64,000 nucleotides of DNA from Camelus ferus (GCF_009834535.1 NC_045696.1:65412001-65476000), one strand, 5' to 3'; numbered from the stretch's first letter, positions 11,000 through 24,378 are shown. Translations and numbers: made by a program. The notes: generated from the letters alone by a model not told the origin.

Positions 11000-12900
11000 C
11001 TTAGTTGAATGGTGAGATGTTAGGCTTGGATAAATCTTCATTGCTACTTATATCTTTTATTGATACAAGATGACTGTCTTCATCTTGAGAGCTGTTCTTC
11101 GAATCCTTCTTTCTACTATTAGTATCATTATCCCTTGCATGCATTGCTTGCTTTGAAGTAACAATGTCCAGTTTTTAGATTTCATATTCACAAAACTTTC
11201 ATTTTTGGCATGACTCATATAAACCACAAACAATTTTATTCCAATTGGAGAGTCTTTGCTTTTATTTTAGGATTAATTTCATTTTCATTTACCTTTTGAA
11301 ATAAAATGTTTAGCTCTCCTTTATGCCATCATGTTCTTTTCCACCTATTTGTTACACATTTTCACTATCTCCTTTGTATTTTTCTTTGTCCTTATCTCCT
11401 CTAGAGCTTTGAAAGGGATGTGACCTATTTATACCTACTAAAAGCTCGATTAAATTTCTCTAAAAAATATTACCTAAATAATCTTTCTTATAAAACGAGT
11501 TTATATATGATAAAGCACAATGATTAACAAATAATTAGCATTGCATATGCATTTGCTAGATGACAGTAAATCTTACAGGAATGAAGTATAACAGAGCCTG
11601 ATTTTAGCTCTCCTTTATTTCAGCAATTAGTTGACTACAATGTTCACATCTCCTTTTCCCTCAGTCAGTTTTAAATATCTGTTACAATACTGTGGGTTTT
11701 TTTTTATTGTATTATAAATATTGCTCCTGTAGTTATTCCAAACTTTGCATATATACTCACCATTATAGTGAGAATTTATGCCACAAGTTTCCCTATCCTG
11801 GACACTTAAATTTGCTTAATCAGTTATTTGGAGTAAATTTTCAAGTTTTTTTTTAAAGAATAAAAAGAAGGATATGCAGATAACATCTTTTCTGAGCCAA
11901 CAAACGTTTGAGTCTTCTGTTTTCTTCATACTACTTGGCAGCTTGTATGTCTTGGATGATAATAAAATGCATTGATATTTTCTCCCAGTTATTTAATATT
12001 GCTAAAAATCAGAGTATATATTTATAAGTTTCATGTTTCACCTTTTTAAAATTATCAATGTAGCTAAAAATGTTTGCCTAAGGATGTCTTGGTGCTAATA
12101 TCTTTCAAATTGATTAGCTTTGAAGATATGTTCTTTTGATATGCACTGTCAGGTCTTAATGTCAAACAAATGATCTTCTGCTAATCTGTGTGCTAGCATT
12201 CCAGTGTAAATTTTTTGCATTATCATCTTTGTTCTCATAATTTTAATATTCTTTTTCTAGAGTATTTTAGAAGAGATTTCCAAATCTGTACTTCATGTTA
12301 CTAGTACACATATCCTCATATAAGTTCTGATTTTTACCATATCTGATGCTGATTTATTTCTGCTATGGTATTTTAGTTTCTTTGCAATACTTCCCTATCC
12401 CATCCATTTCTTTTTTTGTATAACATTTAGTTGCCCTTTTATCTCAAGCCATTCTTTCTTTATGACACTGTTCCCAATCGACAGAATTTTATATCCTCAT
12501 TCATTATCATGAGAAAGTCAAATAATTTTCTAGAAATTTTTTCTGTTACAAATTAAACTATTTTCAGAGGACCTGTACCTCCGAATATGCCTTTCTCTTG
12601 TTCTGTAAAACTTTTCAGTCGGCCCCTCCAAAACAATCTGTGCCTATCCTCAGGCAATACAGAATCTGTATAAACTTGGTATTTGTTAACAGAGAGGATA
12701 GTATGTTGCTTTCTTCTCACTCTGTCTATTGATGTGGCTTTAAATGCCATTTAGAGACCTCAAGTGGAGAACAGATTAAAATGTATGCTTCCAAGTTTCC
12801 ATTAGTCTTCCACTCAGGACATGCTTGCTTTTTGGTAGTACCACCTTCCTCTTCACAGCATGACTATCTTGCCCTCTTGCACTGCTATAATTCCTAGTGG
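11000..12900 (-). mobile_element. Very old L1-related (HAL1/L1M5-like) fragment
   Basis: T-rich antisense ORF1-like composition; a similar piece lies at ~13540-13900. Family uncertain. Confidence 0.4.
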
Positions 12901-12974
12901 TCAGTGCTGCCAGGGTTTTTCATGTTTCTGCCTCTGCCTACGGGGCTTGTCCAATACCCAATAAATAGTCCACA

Positions 12975-13490
12975 AATATTTAATTGTCTACTATGAACCA
13001 AGTGTTTTGCTTGGTGCCAATATACAGTGGTAATCAATACCGACACAGACCACATGTTCCTAGTCCCATGGAGCTTATTGACTGAGAGAGGAAGCAGACA
13101 ACTGAATAACCATACACACAAAAACAATAACAGACTCTAATGACTTCCATTTAATCATTAATTCATTTAGTCAACAAATATTCATTGAGTGCCTTCTTAG
13201 TGCCAACCACTATTCCAGATTCTGCGGATAGCTCATTGGAGAAAGACTAATGTCCTTTTCCTGTTAAGTACATTTTACTCTAGTGGGCTAGTCCATTGTC
13301 AAGAGAAAATATAAAAGGGGGATCTGATCTAGTCTCCAGCAAAGGCTTCTCTAAGCATGTGACATTTTTATAGAGGTATGAAGAATCAGTAGGAGTCAAC
13401 CCATTAAGTCATTAAAAGTGAATGGGTGAGAGGAAGAATATTCCAAGAAGAAAAAGCAAATGCAAAGGTCCTGAGGCAGGTTGGAGCAGA
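12975..13490 (-). mobile_element. Two tandem L2 3'-end fragments
   Basis: caaatatttaattgtctactatgaaccaag... and attcatttagtcaacaaatattcattgagtgcc...atgcaaaggtcctgaggcagg. Confidence 0.7.
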
Positions 13491-14380
13491 AATCTATGTA
13501 GTAATTTCTTTAAAAAAAATCCCAGTGGAAGCATCGCTTTCTTAATTTTTCCCTGATCAGTTCTCTATCAATCTTTGTTTTCAATATTGTGCAAGGCATT
13601 TCTTTATGAATTTTTCAGAAAAAGAGTTGAAGAAAATCTATTAGTTTCTTCTAGCCAGATGACATTTTATCAGGGATACTAAGCCCCTTTCTAACAGCAA
13701 TTTCAGTTTCTTCACACTGTTTCTTATCTCACGTGTTTCTTTCTTTATTTCTGCCTCTCAGCCAGCTGCCTTTTCATCTCAGTTTGTTGTCTCATATTGT
13801 TGTTTTATCTCATCTTTGAACTTGCTTCATAGATTCTGTGTTTTACTGAATTATATTGAGAGCAAAAACCAGAAGCTACATTAAATGTAATTGTTTCCTA
13901 ATATAAATCTACAAATAAATGTCATTGTTCTATCTCTCTTTCATATTATATGCATCTCAATCTTTCAGACTGTAAAGCTTTTTCATAGATCCCATATCAG
14001 GTGCACCAGCTCAATCCCTAACCATTTAGAAAAACAATTAATTCAACTTAGCACTGAATTATCTAGGAAAAGGGAACCAGATTCTCCTAGAAGCTAAGTT
14101 TCAGTCTAGCCGCTGATCACATACCATGAGCTAGAGTCAAATAAGCAAGCAAGGTAAACAGCATGTCTCCCCTGATTAACTGGAGTAGAGTATTTCACAG
14201 TGGTTTTGACAAATACCTGTGTGTATATGTATTTCCACATAAATTTGCGTATATACACATGCATATTGGAAAAAGATTTTATTTGTTTATAATCCTCAAA
14301 TGGTTACAGTAACTCTAGGCACTAGAACAAGGAACTTAAAATTTTACCTCATTTTCATCACATGTAAGAAGCCATGCGAA

Positions 14381-14595
14381 GAAGCAGACTCACACATCTA
14401 GAGAACAAACTAGTGGTTACCAGCGGGGAGAGGGGAGGGCAGAGGGGTAATATAGGGTTGGGGGAAAAAGGCGGGGGTTGTCATGAGATTATATGAAATC
14501 ATGTGTGTGAAATTTTTGAAAACTGTAAAGCACCATAGAATTTAAAGAATATTTCATCCAATAAAAAATAAGTATTAAAAATTAAAATTAAAAAA
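14381..14595 (+). mobile_element. LINE-1 3'UTR fragment (older artiodactyl-type)
   Basis: cagactcacacatctagagaacaaactagtggttaccagcggggagagg...gattatatgaaatcatgtgtgtgaaa; AATAAA and A-rich tail. Confidence 0.85.
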
Positions 14596-14607
14596 GTAGT
14601 CATGTCA

Positions 14608-14733
14608 CAGCGGAAAAAAATGTGACAATGAATATATGTATGTTCATGTATAACTGACAAATTGTGCTCTACACCGGAATTTGACACAACATTGTAAAAT
14701 GACTATAACTCAATAAAAATATGTTAAAAAAAA
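14608..14733 (+). mobile_element. Very short young LINE-1 3' end with target-site duplication
   Basis: Closely matches 1937-2050 (aaaaaatgtgacaatgaatatat...aattgtgctctacac). TSD aaaaagtagtcatgtca (14591-14607) / aaagagtaatcatgtca (14731-14747). Confidence 0.92.
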
Positions 14734-17731
14734 GAGTAATCATGTCAAATCATTGTTAACAAAAACAAAACAAGAAATAACATATAGAAATGCACATAAT
14801 AAAATGTGTACACATAAGGAAAGTATCCATATTGGAACAAGTTCGATTTTTCTCAATCTATTGAAACTAGAAGAACTATCTTCAAGTCATCCCTATACAA
14901 GTACTCTAACAGACATGCAAAAAGCTAATATTATAATAAGTATTCTTATTTCTCATGTACCTTGAATACCAAAAAGGAATCTTCCAGTTACTGGAAAGTT
15001 AATTTCACTACATATATTTGATTTCTCTCAATTTCAAATAATTTTTATTAATGTGAATCAATCTCCACAAGTTGATAACCTTTGAGGGAGCCTATAAACC
15101 AACTGTCTGCATTTGTAAAATTAAAGATAAAACTCTGGGCCATGATGGTCCCGCAGAAGAATCACCCTTGAGAGGACAAGGCAGCCTTTCTCTGTGTATC
15201 ATCCCTTTAGTTATAACACTCCTAACCACAGACAACAGACATCAGGTGGAATTGGCAGCTCCCAATATAATAACAACTATAACCCACAAATATTTCTCCC
15301 TTTAAAACCACTACGGAACTGAAAATGTCACTTTGTAAAATTAATTGATTATATCCCCAAGAACTTATCTATTAAAAAAAGAGTAGGTCTGAAATCTGTG
15401 TATACTTTAAATCAATCTCAGTTAGTAACTAGAACACAGTCACTCAGTAATTCCAATGAGTAAAGAGATGCTTAATTCAAAATAATAAAGTCCCTCATTA
15501 TATAGAATTTTAGGAATGGTGAAGTGATATAAACGTCTAAAAATGTTTCTTGAATGAATTTTGGAAGTGTCTAAAAATGTTTTTTGAGTGAATTTTGGAA
15601 GAAGCAAATATTTTGGTCTCAGGTCATGTACCAGTCATCCCTCCAATAACATTCAGGGAGAGGGGACAGACTGATAATTCTTACCCATAAGCAGCTTCTA
15701 AACGAGTAAGGAAGATCCATAAATTTCTGAATAATCATATTAAACATCATCATCATTTCTTTCAGTAACTTACAGCCTGGGGATTACTACCTTTACGTAT
15801 AGAATATTAAGTTACAGGGGATAAAACAAGCCCGGCTTTCAGTCACAGAAAGAAGAATATTAGGAGTGCCCGACTGAAAGGAGGACTGGACTTTCTCATC
15901 ATGATAAATCCTCCATGTATCGAATCATGCTCCCACGAAGTCAGAAGTATACTCTACAGATCACTGCAAATTCTCTTTTTACATTGTTTTAACTGCCATA
16001 TCCATTCAGTATATCTCTTATGTCAAGGACATTCTATTCCACAATCCAACAAAACTGCTATAGAAACCTTATTTAGTCACTAATTATATTTATCTATCTT
16101 ACTACTAACAAAATATTTTAAAATAAAAATTCATAAAAATGTCTCCTTTTTAGATCGTTAAGAATATGAAAATTCTGTTGATGTAAGTATGATAAATTTG
16201 ATTAGGGTGATTATAAGAATCTTCTTACACACAAATAAGAAACTATGTATTTACATGCAGTATGTTCTTCCCCTTGAAAAGTTACAAAAATATACTAGTT
16301 TCACAAATCTTCTCATTAATAGAAGTCTAAATTTAAAATATTATTTCCTTTTTGATGACCAAAGCACTAAGAGAAAAAAAAAAGAATAGGTATCTCTATA
16401 TATTTCACATACTTTGCAGATAAAAGGGAAATATAAATTAATACTATTTTGTTTTAACTAGTACATAGTATATTAAGTGAGCTACACTGATATTCTAAAT
16501 CACAAACATGGGAGTGGAGGGCTAAGAGGAGGATGAGGAGATTTTATCAGAGGAAAGGATCTCTCTTCCATAGCTGTCAACCTAGGTAATCTTTTGAATT
16601 CTATTTAGCAATTCCCTTCTGAAACACCATCACTCCAAGTCACTTCAGGAATATTTCTCACCAAGCTGATTTCCCTTGATGAGATTCTCCTGCAGTGTGA
16701 AGGCATCTTGCTGCTGCACCACCTGGGGCAGCTATTTCTTTGTCATACTTCAAAGCTGCAGCAAGGAGGGCTTGCTTGGATGGCTGCCCAGGAAACCAAA
16801 TGGGAATTATGCTTCTTTCTCTCTGAACTACATCCTGCTTGGCCCCTACAGTTGGGGCATGATGGGGTCAGGGGAACATAAAGTGTAAATTTCTAATTAT
16901 TTGTACAGAAAGATAGAAAATTTTCTTCTTTGGTACATCAACAATAAGATGTGAAAAATAGCTTTCATATTAGATTTCATAGACAATGTCTACTGGATTA
17001 GTGTTCAGTTTTTAGAACTTAATGATCAATATGGCCAACACTTTGACCATTGCGTATCTGCCATTAAAGACTACAGGACGTGAATATTGATTTCTCCTCA
17101 ATTTAACGGTTTGCTCTTTTTACTTGGTACTATTGTCTTGAATGTGCTTTCTTAGCACAAACAGCATTCAAAAGCCAAAACAATTAGCCTTAAACCAATA
17201 CAATAAATATAGTATGCCTTACCAGAGCATACAGATGCATACAATTAGGACAGAATGTATATGTTAAAAAACAAAACAAGGAATTGCACCCTGAAATCTT
17301 AACAACATATTATTGATACATATTGCCTTTTCTTCTAACAAATGTACACCCACTGGTTGCTGATAGTGTGTGTTCAATGTATCTGTGTGTATGCATGTAG
17401 ATATTTATATACCTCTTTAAAAACCTAGATTTGTGCTTGTTCAGTCTTGGATGATCCAGTATTCCAGTTTATTACCTTTTCAGGCAGAGGAAAATAGGGA
17501 CATGTGTACAAAGACATCATCAAATAAGCTTTTTTCAATGATGGCAACATAACTAGAAGAAGCAAATCAGGACCAGTCAATTTGTCACTCACAATGTGTA
17601 CGGAAGGGAGAGGAAATCTTTGTATGGGTCATCAGTGCACAAGGTACACCAATGGTGAACCTTGCATGGAACAAAGAAATACTGTATTCCCTCTCTTGTA
17701 AACACTTCAGATAGAAAATCCTTCTGGATAT

Positions 17732-18199
17732 TGTGAAAGAAAAACCAAAATGGAGCTGGTGTTGCCAAGAGAGTGCTCTAAAATGGAGCCTGGAGGCCAT
17801 AAAGGAAGTGTGGCTTATGCACATCTCAGCTGGATGGAATCTGACCTTTTGACCACTTATTGTCCTATGAAGTCATCCAGAACATCTGCCAGAAATTCAA
17901 GATACTTATTTGACTTTTACCCCAAAAGAGCTTAAGACAGCCTATCTACTTATAAGACTCCTATTATAAAAAACTGGTGATTCCTTAAGGACAACTATTC
18001 CTTAAGGACAATCACTATTCTCATCAGGCAACATTTAACTACCTTGTGCCTTTTTGTCTTTATAAGCCCCTAAGTCTTTCTCTTCCTCAGAACACTCTCT
18101 CAATTTTACCTGCAACTGTGTCTCTCAAATTGCAATTCCAAAGACCCCCAAATAAACTATTTTCTTATTTCTGGCTCCCTGCATTGTTTTTGGTCGACA
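17732..18199 (+). mobile_element. ERV solo LTR (class I-like)
   Basis: TG...CA termini (tgtgaaagaaaaaccaaaatggag ... tttttggtcgaca), TATA-like tttataag near 18058, AATAAA near 18151, internal 17-bp tandem duplication at 17980-18013. Confidence 0.75.
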
Positions 18200-18739
18200 C
18201 TACAATGGTCCACTCAGCTCTGCTGGTTCCAGCCCCCATGGCAAAATCTTCACGCTCTCTCATGAGGCCTAGAACATTCCCTTCGGAAGAGGGAAAAGCA
18301 TCCACCACCTTCATTGGGGATTCGGTTAAGCTTCCTTATTGTGCTCTACTTCGTTAAGAACGTTGTCTTCTGTCAACAATTAAAATGTGTGAGAAGTGAT
18401 CTGGCTCTCTTAGTGACAGTTGCCAGAAATCTTCTGATGGACGTCACTCATTTAAAGGATAAGTGACCCCCAGCTAGAATTTGATGATTTCCCCAGTTAA
18501 TCTTGAACTAAAACGAGGGTCTCCTCACCTAAAACTATTTCATTTAAACTTTGCTGTTTGGTCTAGGAAAGTCCTCTGACATGGAAACAGAAATCTAACA
18601 CATTGGGATTCTGACAGTCTTGTGTTTAAAACCTTAAATCCTGGGGGACTCCAAGAGAGACGGGTGAAATGATAATGATGAAATACACAGGGGAAGAAGG
18701 TCCAACCAAAAGTTACAGCTTTGCTATTCACCTATGCCA

Positions 18740-18870
18740 AATTACATCATCTTTCTCTGTATGAGTTACCTCACCTATATAATAGAAATAATAAATCTCA
18801 GCTTTATCTACCTCACAGAATTGTTAAAAGAATCAAATAAAGTGATTACATAAAGGAATCTTGTAACAAA
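18740..18870 (+). mobile_element. MIR SINE core
   Basis: ttacctcacctatataatagaaataataa...tctacctcacagaattgttaaaagaatcaaataaagt. Confidence 0.6.
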
Positions 18871-18872
18871 TT

Positions 18873-20329
18873 TGGAGGAATAGCCCTCCCAGCCTCCAGA
18901 CAATACTACAGAGCTACAGTAATCAAAACAATGGGATATTGGCACAAACACAGATATATGTATCAGTGGAGCCCAGAAATAAACCCACACATTTACAGTC
19001 AATTAATCTTCAACAAAGGAGGAAAATATACATAATGAAGAAAAGACAGTCTGTTTAGCAAACAGTGTTGGGAAAACTGGACAGGTATATTTAAATCAAT
19101 GAAGTTAGAACACTCCCTCAAACCCATATACAAAAAATAAATTCAAAATGGATTAAAGATAAGACATCTATAAGACAAGACACTATAAATCTCTAGAAGA
19201 AAACATGGCCAAACATTTTCTGACAAATATTAGCAATTTTCTCCTAGGGCAGGCAATAGAAATAAAAGCAAAAATAAACAAATGGGACTTCATTAAACTT
19301 ATAAGCTTTTGCACAGCAAAGGAAACCATAAGCAAAACTAAATGACAATCTATGGAATGGGAGAAAATATTTGCAAATGATGCAACTGACAAGGGCTTAA
19401 TTTCTAGAATATATAAACAGCTCCTACAACTTAATAAAAAACAACCAACCCAGTCCAAAAATGGGCAGAAGACTTAAACAAGCAATTCTCCAATGCAGAC
19501 ATACAAATGGCCAAAAGGCACATGAAAAAATGCTCAATATTGCTAATTATCAGAGAAATGCAAATCAAAACTACAATGAGGTACCACCTCACACCAGTCA
19601 GAATGGCCATCATTCATAAGTTCACAAACAATAAATGCTGGAGAGGTGTGGAGAAAAGGGAACCCTGCTACATTGTTAGTGGGAATGTAGTTTGGTGTAG
19701 TCATTAAGGAAAAAAGTATGGAGACTCCTCAAAAAACTAAAAACAGACTTACTACATGATCCAGCAGTCCCATTCCTGGGCATATATCCACAGGGAACTC
19801 TAATTTGAAAAAATATATGCAACCCAATGTTCATAGCAGCACCATAAACAATAGCCAAGACATAGAAACAACCCAAATGTCCATCAACAGATGACTAGAT
19901 AAAGAAGCTGTGGTATATTCATACAATGGAATACTATTCATACAATGGAATATTCATACAATGGAATACTATTCAGCCATAAAAAACAACATAACGCCAT
20001 TTGCAGCAACATGGATGGAACTGAAGATCATCATTCTAAGTGAAGTAAGCCAGAAAGACAAAGAAAAATAACATATGATATCACTCATATGTGGAATCTA
20101 AAAAAAGAAAAAAGAAGACACTAATGAACTTATCTACAAAACAGAAACAGACTCACAGACATAGTAAACAATCATGGTTACAGGGAGAAAGAAGGTGGGA
20201 AAGGATAAATCGAGAGATTTGCAAATATTAATTACTACATATAAAATAGATAAACAAGTTCATACTGTATAGCACAGAGAACTATATTCAATATCCTGTA
20301 GTAACCTATACTGGAAAAGAATATAAAAA

Positions 20330-20413
<84 letters not shown>

Positions 20414-20480
20414 ACTGAAACATTATACTGTACACCAGAAATTGATACAACGTATACTGACTATACTTCAACAAAAAAAG
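18873..20480 (+). mobile_element. 5'-truncated LINE-1 (ORF2 C-terminal region, 3'UTR, A tail)
   Basis: ORF 19507-19707 translates to the L1 ORF2p C-terminus ([34 protein letters not shown]). Frameshifted elsewhere. The 3'UTR carries a (TA)n expansion. Confidence 0.95.
20333..20408. repeat. (AT)38 microsatellite inside an L1 3'UTR
   Basis: 76 bp uninterrupted alternating A/T. Confidence 0.98.
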
Positions 20481-21457
20481 AAAATGTCTTGCTTTATTGA
20501 AATACAACTATGATATTCTGAGATCAGATTGCTGAAGAAAATGCAGACTTTCTAAGGAAATAAGGAGAAATCAGAGAAAATAAGCCCATGAACAACACCA
20601 GAGCTGTTCTGTTTTTCACCTGACACACCACCAGCTTGCTACATGTACATGACCTTGAGAAAACTCTCTTATTTCTGAATGTTAGGTATCTCATTTATAA
20701 AACAAGCAGCTTGAAATTAATAATTTTAAGTGAGTTCTAAAGTTAGTTAAAGTTCTAAGTTTCACTTCTTACCTTCTATGATTCTAAAATATTTGGAGAA
20801 AAGTATGCAAAATACTTAAAATTATTCTGCACAAATTGTTATGAAAGTACAGAAGAAAGAGGTTTTTTTCCCCTTCCTTTCTATACAACTATCTTTGTGG
20901 TTTCAGTTGTTCATTTTTTTCAGCTGTCAGTACTTAAGCATGAAGATTAATAGCTGCATTATTTTTTTCTGCAAAGGCTAATAGCCTCTTAATTGTTTTT
21001 AATGGGACATTTTGCAGGAGCCCCGTTTTTCCCACACTACAGCACATTTTTTAGTGTAGAGCCTCTGATTTAACACAGAGCTCAGCATCAGCTGGTAAGA
21101 GATTCTTTTTAAAATACTGAATGGTATTAGTCAGGCATATGTGTAATAATTTCACCACATAATTTTGGCTTAACTGTGGATAACATTCAGATTGTAGTTG
21201 AAAGACTTGTGTCCTTTCCTAGGGGACAGTTTCATACCAGAGAAATGGGATATATTTTTCATATGAGTGTAAGCCAAGACTTACTTGCCTTATTTTTAGC
21301 AAATATTCTGTAATGTGGAAAGAAAGGAAATGATACCATAGAGAAATCTACTGAAAATCAAAGATGGGCAGAACGTGTTGGCAAGCTGCTCATTTATTTT
21401 CTGCAATTCTAAACATAAGTGTGCTTCCCATCAATGAGCCCCATAGTCTCCTTTGAG

Positions 21458-22020
21458 TGAGAAATGAGGGCCAGAAAGCACAATGGATAGATCTGAGAAA
21501 ACTATGGTCTTATCTAAGATGCTCATAACTAGGATTGTTGCATGGTCAGGCCACCCAAGATGGCTGTTCTCTTGCTCTCTGTACACCCTCTGCTTGACCA
21601 GTCCCTGCTTCACCTACACTCTTCTCGCCTAACTGACCTTCCCTCTTAATCATAGAACCTAGTCAGTAAATGCCTATATACTTGTCCTGGCCTCACCTAT
21701 GGACTACTCTGTTCTGTCAGATCAGAACTATCTTAACTATGATAGTTTATCAAAGGGGCAGTGAGGAGTGTGCCCCTCTGCTGGTTTCCCTGGCGACCAA
21801 TGAGACAAACTGACTTCAATTCCCCCTGTAACTGGTAATCCCCCTTTTCTCCTGAGAGCAAAGACTGCCACCATGTCCTGCCTGCCCTCTGCCACACACA
21901 GTGGGCTGTCATTCTAGGACCTTGCTTCAGACACGTAAGATCCCCCATCCATTTAACCAATGATGTCTCTGTTGCTGACTCCTGGGTCTTTCTCAAATGG
22001 CCCCATTTCCAGCCCTGTTT
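21458..22020 (+). mobile_element. ERV solo LTR, family unassigned
   Basis: GC-elevated ~550 bp block beginning tgagaaatgaggg with ccaagatggc, CCAAT (gaccaatgag) and an LTR-like end (gtaagatccccc...tgatgtctctgttgctgactcctgggtctttct). Confidence 0.6.
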
Positions 22021-22572
22021 CATTTACATAAAGAACATTATGGGAAATCCCCTTTCTTAAAGCTCTCTTCCCTCATCTATGAGAGAAATATTGATTCCTC
22101 ATTACTCGCCCCAGAGACACCACCAGAATCTACCATCTAGCAAGCAGTTCTCATCTCAGCAAATAACACGACCATGTCCAAATATCAGACGCTACAAGAC
22201 GCTGTGTCATCTGGCCTGCTCTCAGCTCCTTGTCACCCACCCTACTTGCACTCTGCACTATTCACTTCACTCCAGGCACAGTGCCCTCATTTGTGTTTCT
22301 TGAACATCCCAAGCTCACTCTTATCTTAGAGCTTTTGCATTTATTGTTCCCTTTGCTTGGAACATTCTTCCCTAGTTGGAAACATGGCTGCCACCTTCTT
22401 CTTATTTGTGTTTTAATTTAAATGTCTCCTATTAGAGAGTTTTTTTTTTTTTTACCCTATTTAAACCACTTCTTCATGTTCTAAAGTTTATGTGTGATTA
22501 TTTAAAAATCTTTTAAAAAATATTTCCACTCAAAAAGTATAAGTTTCATCCACAAGTGGGTTAAGGGAGTAA

Positions 22573-22850
22573 ACAGATACAAATCTCCAGTTAAGAATAA
22601 ATAAACCATTGCGGTGTAATGTACACATGGTGAATATAGTTAATAATACTGTATCATATATTTGAAAGTTGCTAAGAGAGTAGATCTTAAAAGTTCTCAT
22701 CCCAAGTAACAAAAATTTGCACCTATATATATGGTGATGGATGTTAAGACTTATTGTGGTGATCTTTCACAATATATACAAATACTGAAGCATTACATTG
22801 TACACCTGAGACTAATATAATGTTATATGTTAATTAAACCCTGATTTTTT
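22573..22850 (+). mobile_element. LINE-1 3' end (L1MA/L1MB type) nested in an L2 fragment (~22180-22980)
   Basis: tatagttaataatactgtatcatatatttgaaagttgctaagagagtagatcttaaaagttctcatc; L2 resumes at tgtaagctccctgagggc (22862). Confidence 0.85.
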
Positions 22851-23820
22851 TTTAATTTAAGTGTAAGCTCCCTGAGGGCTAGAATTCTCTCAGTCTTGTT
22901 TACTATTATATCTCAGTGCCAAAGAAAACTGCCCAACATATGGCAGGAAATCAATATGTATTTTTGATTCGCTAAGGAAGCTGAGAAACTTCTAAGGTTT
23001 TTTTTTTTTTTTGGCTTTTTTTTTTTACTTTGACATTTTATAAGTGCTTAGTATCTATATAAGAAGGAGAAATCATGTAAATAGTAATGCTTTCTCTATA
23101 CCCCTTCACTCTCTTAAGTGAACCATTTAAGGTGGCATTCAGCTCTGAAATTCTATAATTGTGAAAATACTTACTGTTGTTTTTGTTTTCTTTTTATTGG
23201 CATCATGCTTATTCCATTTTATTACTGTTTTCATAATAAATCCAACTGATGTTGAGTGTAAAGTATAGGGAAACCAAGAGGAAGCAAGATCACAAAATAA
23301 ATTGGGGATGAGATGCATTTCTGACCAAGGGCAGAGGTTGAGGGAAGAAAACAGAATTAAAGATTATGTCAAGATGGCAACCACTGGTGAAAGAACTTAA
23401 ATTTTCTTTCATGTTATGTTTCAAGAGAGGTGAGACCACTCTATTGAGTCTATCACTTATAGGCTTTGGAGGAACAGAGGTAACTAGGTATTTACTGATG
23501 ACTTGTGGTTTTCACAAGGTGGAAACTGAATCAAAAACAGTATAGGGACGCAAAGAGGCAGGTATAGAATTACCTATTTGACTAAAATAGAGCTGAGAGT
23601 CACGTTGTACATCTTTTCTAGTCACATCACAAAGTGTAGACTCCTGAAGAATGCACAAAGCCTAAACTCTAGAGCTAATGCATCCGAAACTTTATGTGCC
23701 ATACAGGACAAAGAAATAAAATGATATTACTATGGTTTAGGTGAATAGATTCACAGCCACGTTTACCTTAAATCATCACTATCATATACAAACTGCATAA
23801 TCAAAGTTGGTTGTTTGTGT

Positions 23821-24378
23821 TGTGGGGGAACAAAATTTGTCACCTCAAAACGTCTAGTTGACATGTGCATTATTTTGAGCTGAAAACAATAAAGAACCAA
23901 AAGATTCAGGAAGAAACTTTGACCTTCCCCCTAGCTGCCTAAAGAATGTGGATAATGGACCTATTCCAGGAAGAGAGCCATCACCATAGATAACAAAGTA
24001 TGATACAGGTGTGCAGACAGGGATGAACCAGGAAAGTCTGTTTGTTAAAATTCTTCTGTGTCCCACTGTCTCTGTATGGCCCAGGAAACATTTGTTTACA
24101 AACTTTGCTTTCCCATCTCCATGTCAATTGCCTTCCTCCCCTTTGACGTCCAAACCACTATCCTCAACATCCTCTCTGGTCTTTGGCTGAAGATGGTATT
24201 TAAGGTGAGGGTTTCAGACAATTTGACAAGTTACTCAGTTTTGATGGGTCTCTCCTATATATAAAAGTCATTGAACTTTTGTTTGACTTTTCCCTGCTAA
24301 TCTATCTCATGTCAGTTTAATTCTTAGACCAGCCAGAAGAATCTAGATCAGCAGGGGATAATTTCTTCCTCTTGGATA
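23821..24378 (+). mobile_element. MER34-like ERV1 solo LTR with 4-bp TSD
   Basis: tgtgggggaacaaaatttgtcacctcaaaa...attattttgagctgaa. GTGT is duplicated at 23817-23820 and 24379-24382. Confidence 0.85.

Noticed and set aside
15686..15727. Minus-strand 42-nt exon candidate ending TGG|gtaaga
   Set aside because: Weak acceptor, ambiguous frame and no partner exon or recognisable peptide.
20235..20507. 90-aa ORF with YIYI repeats
   Set aside because: Antisense reading of an (AT)n microsatellite within an L1.
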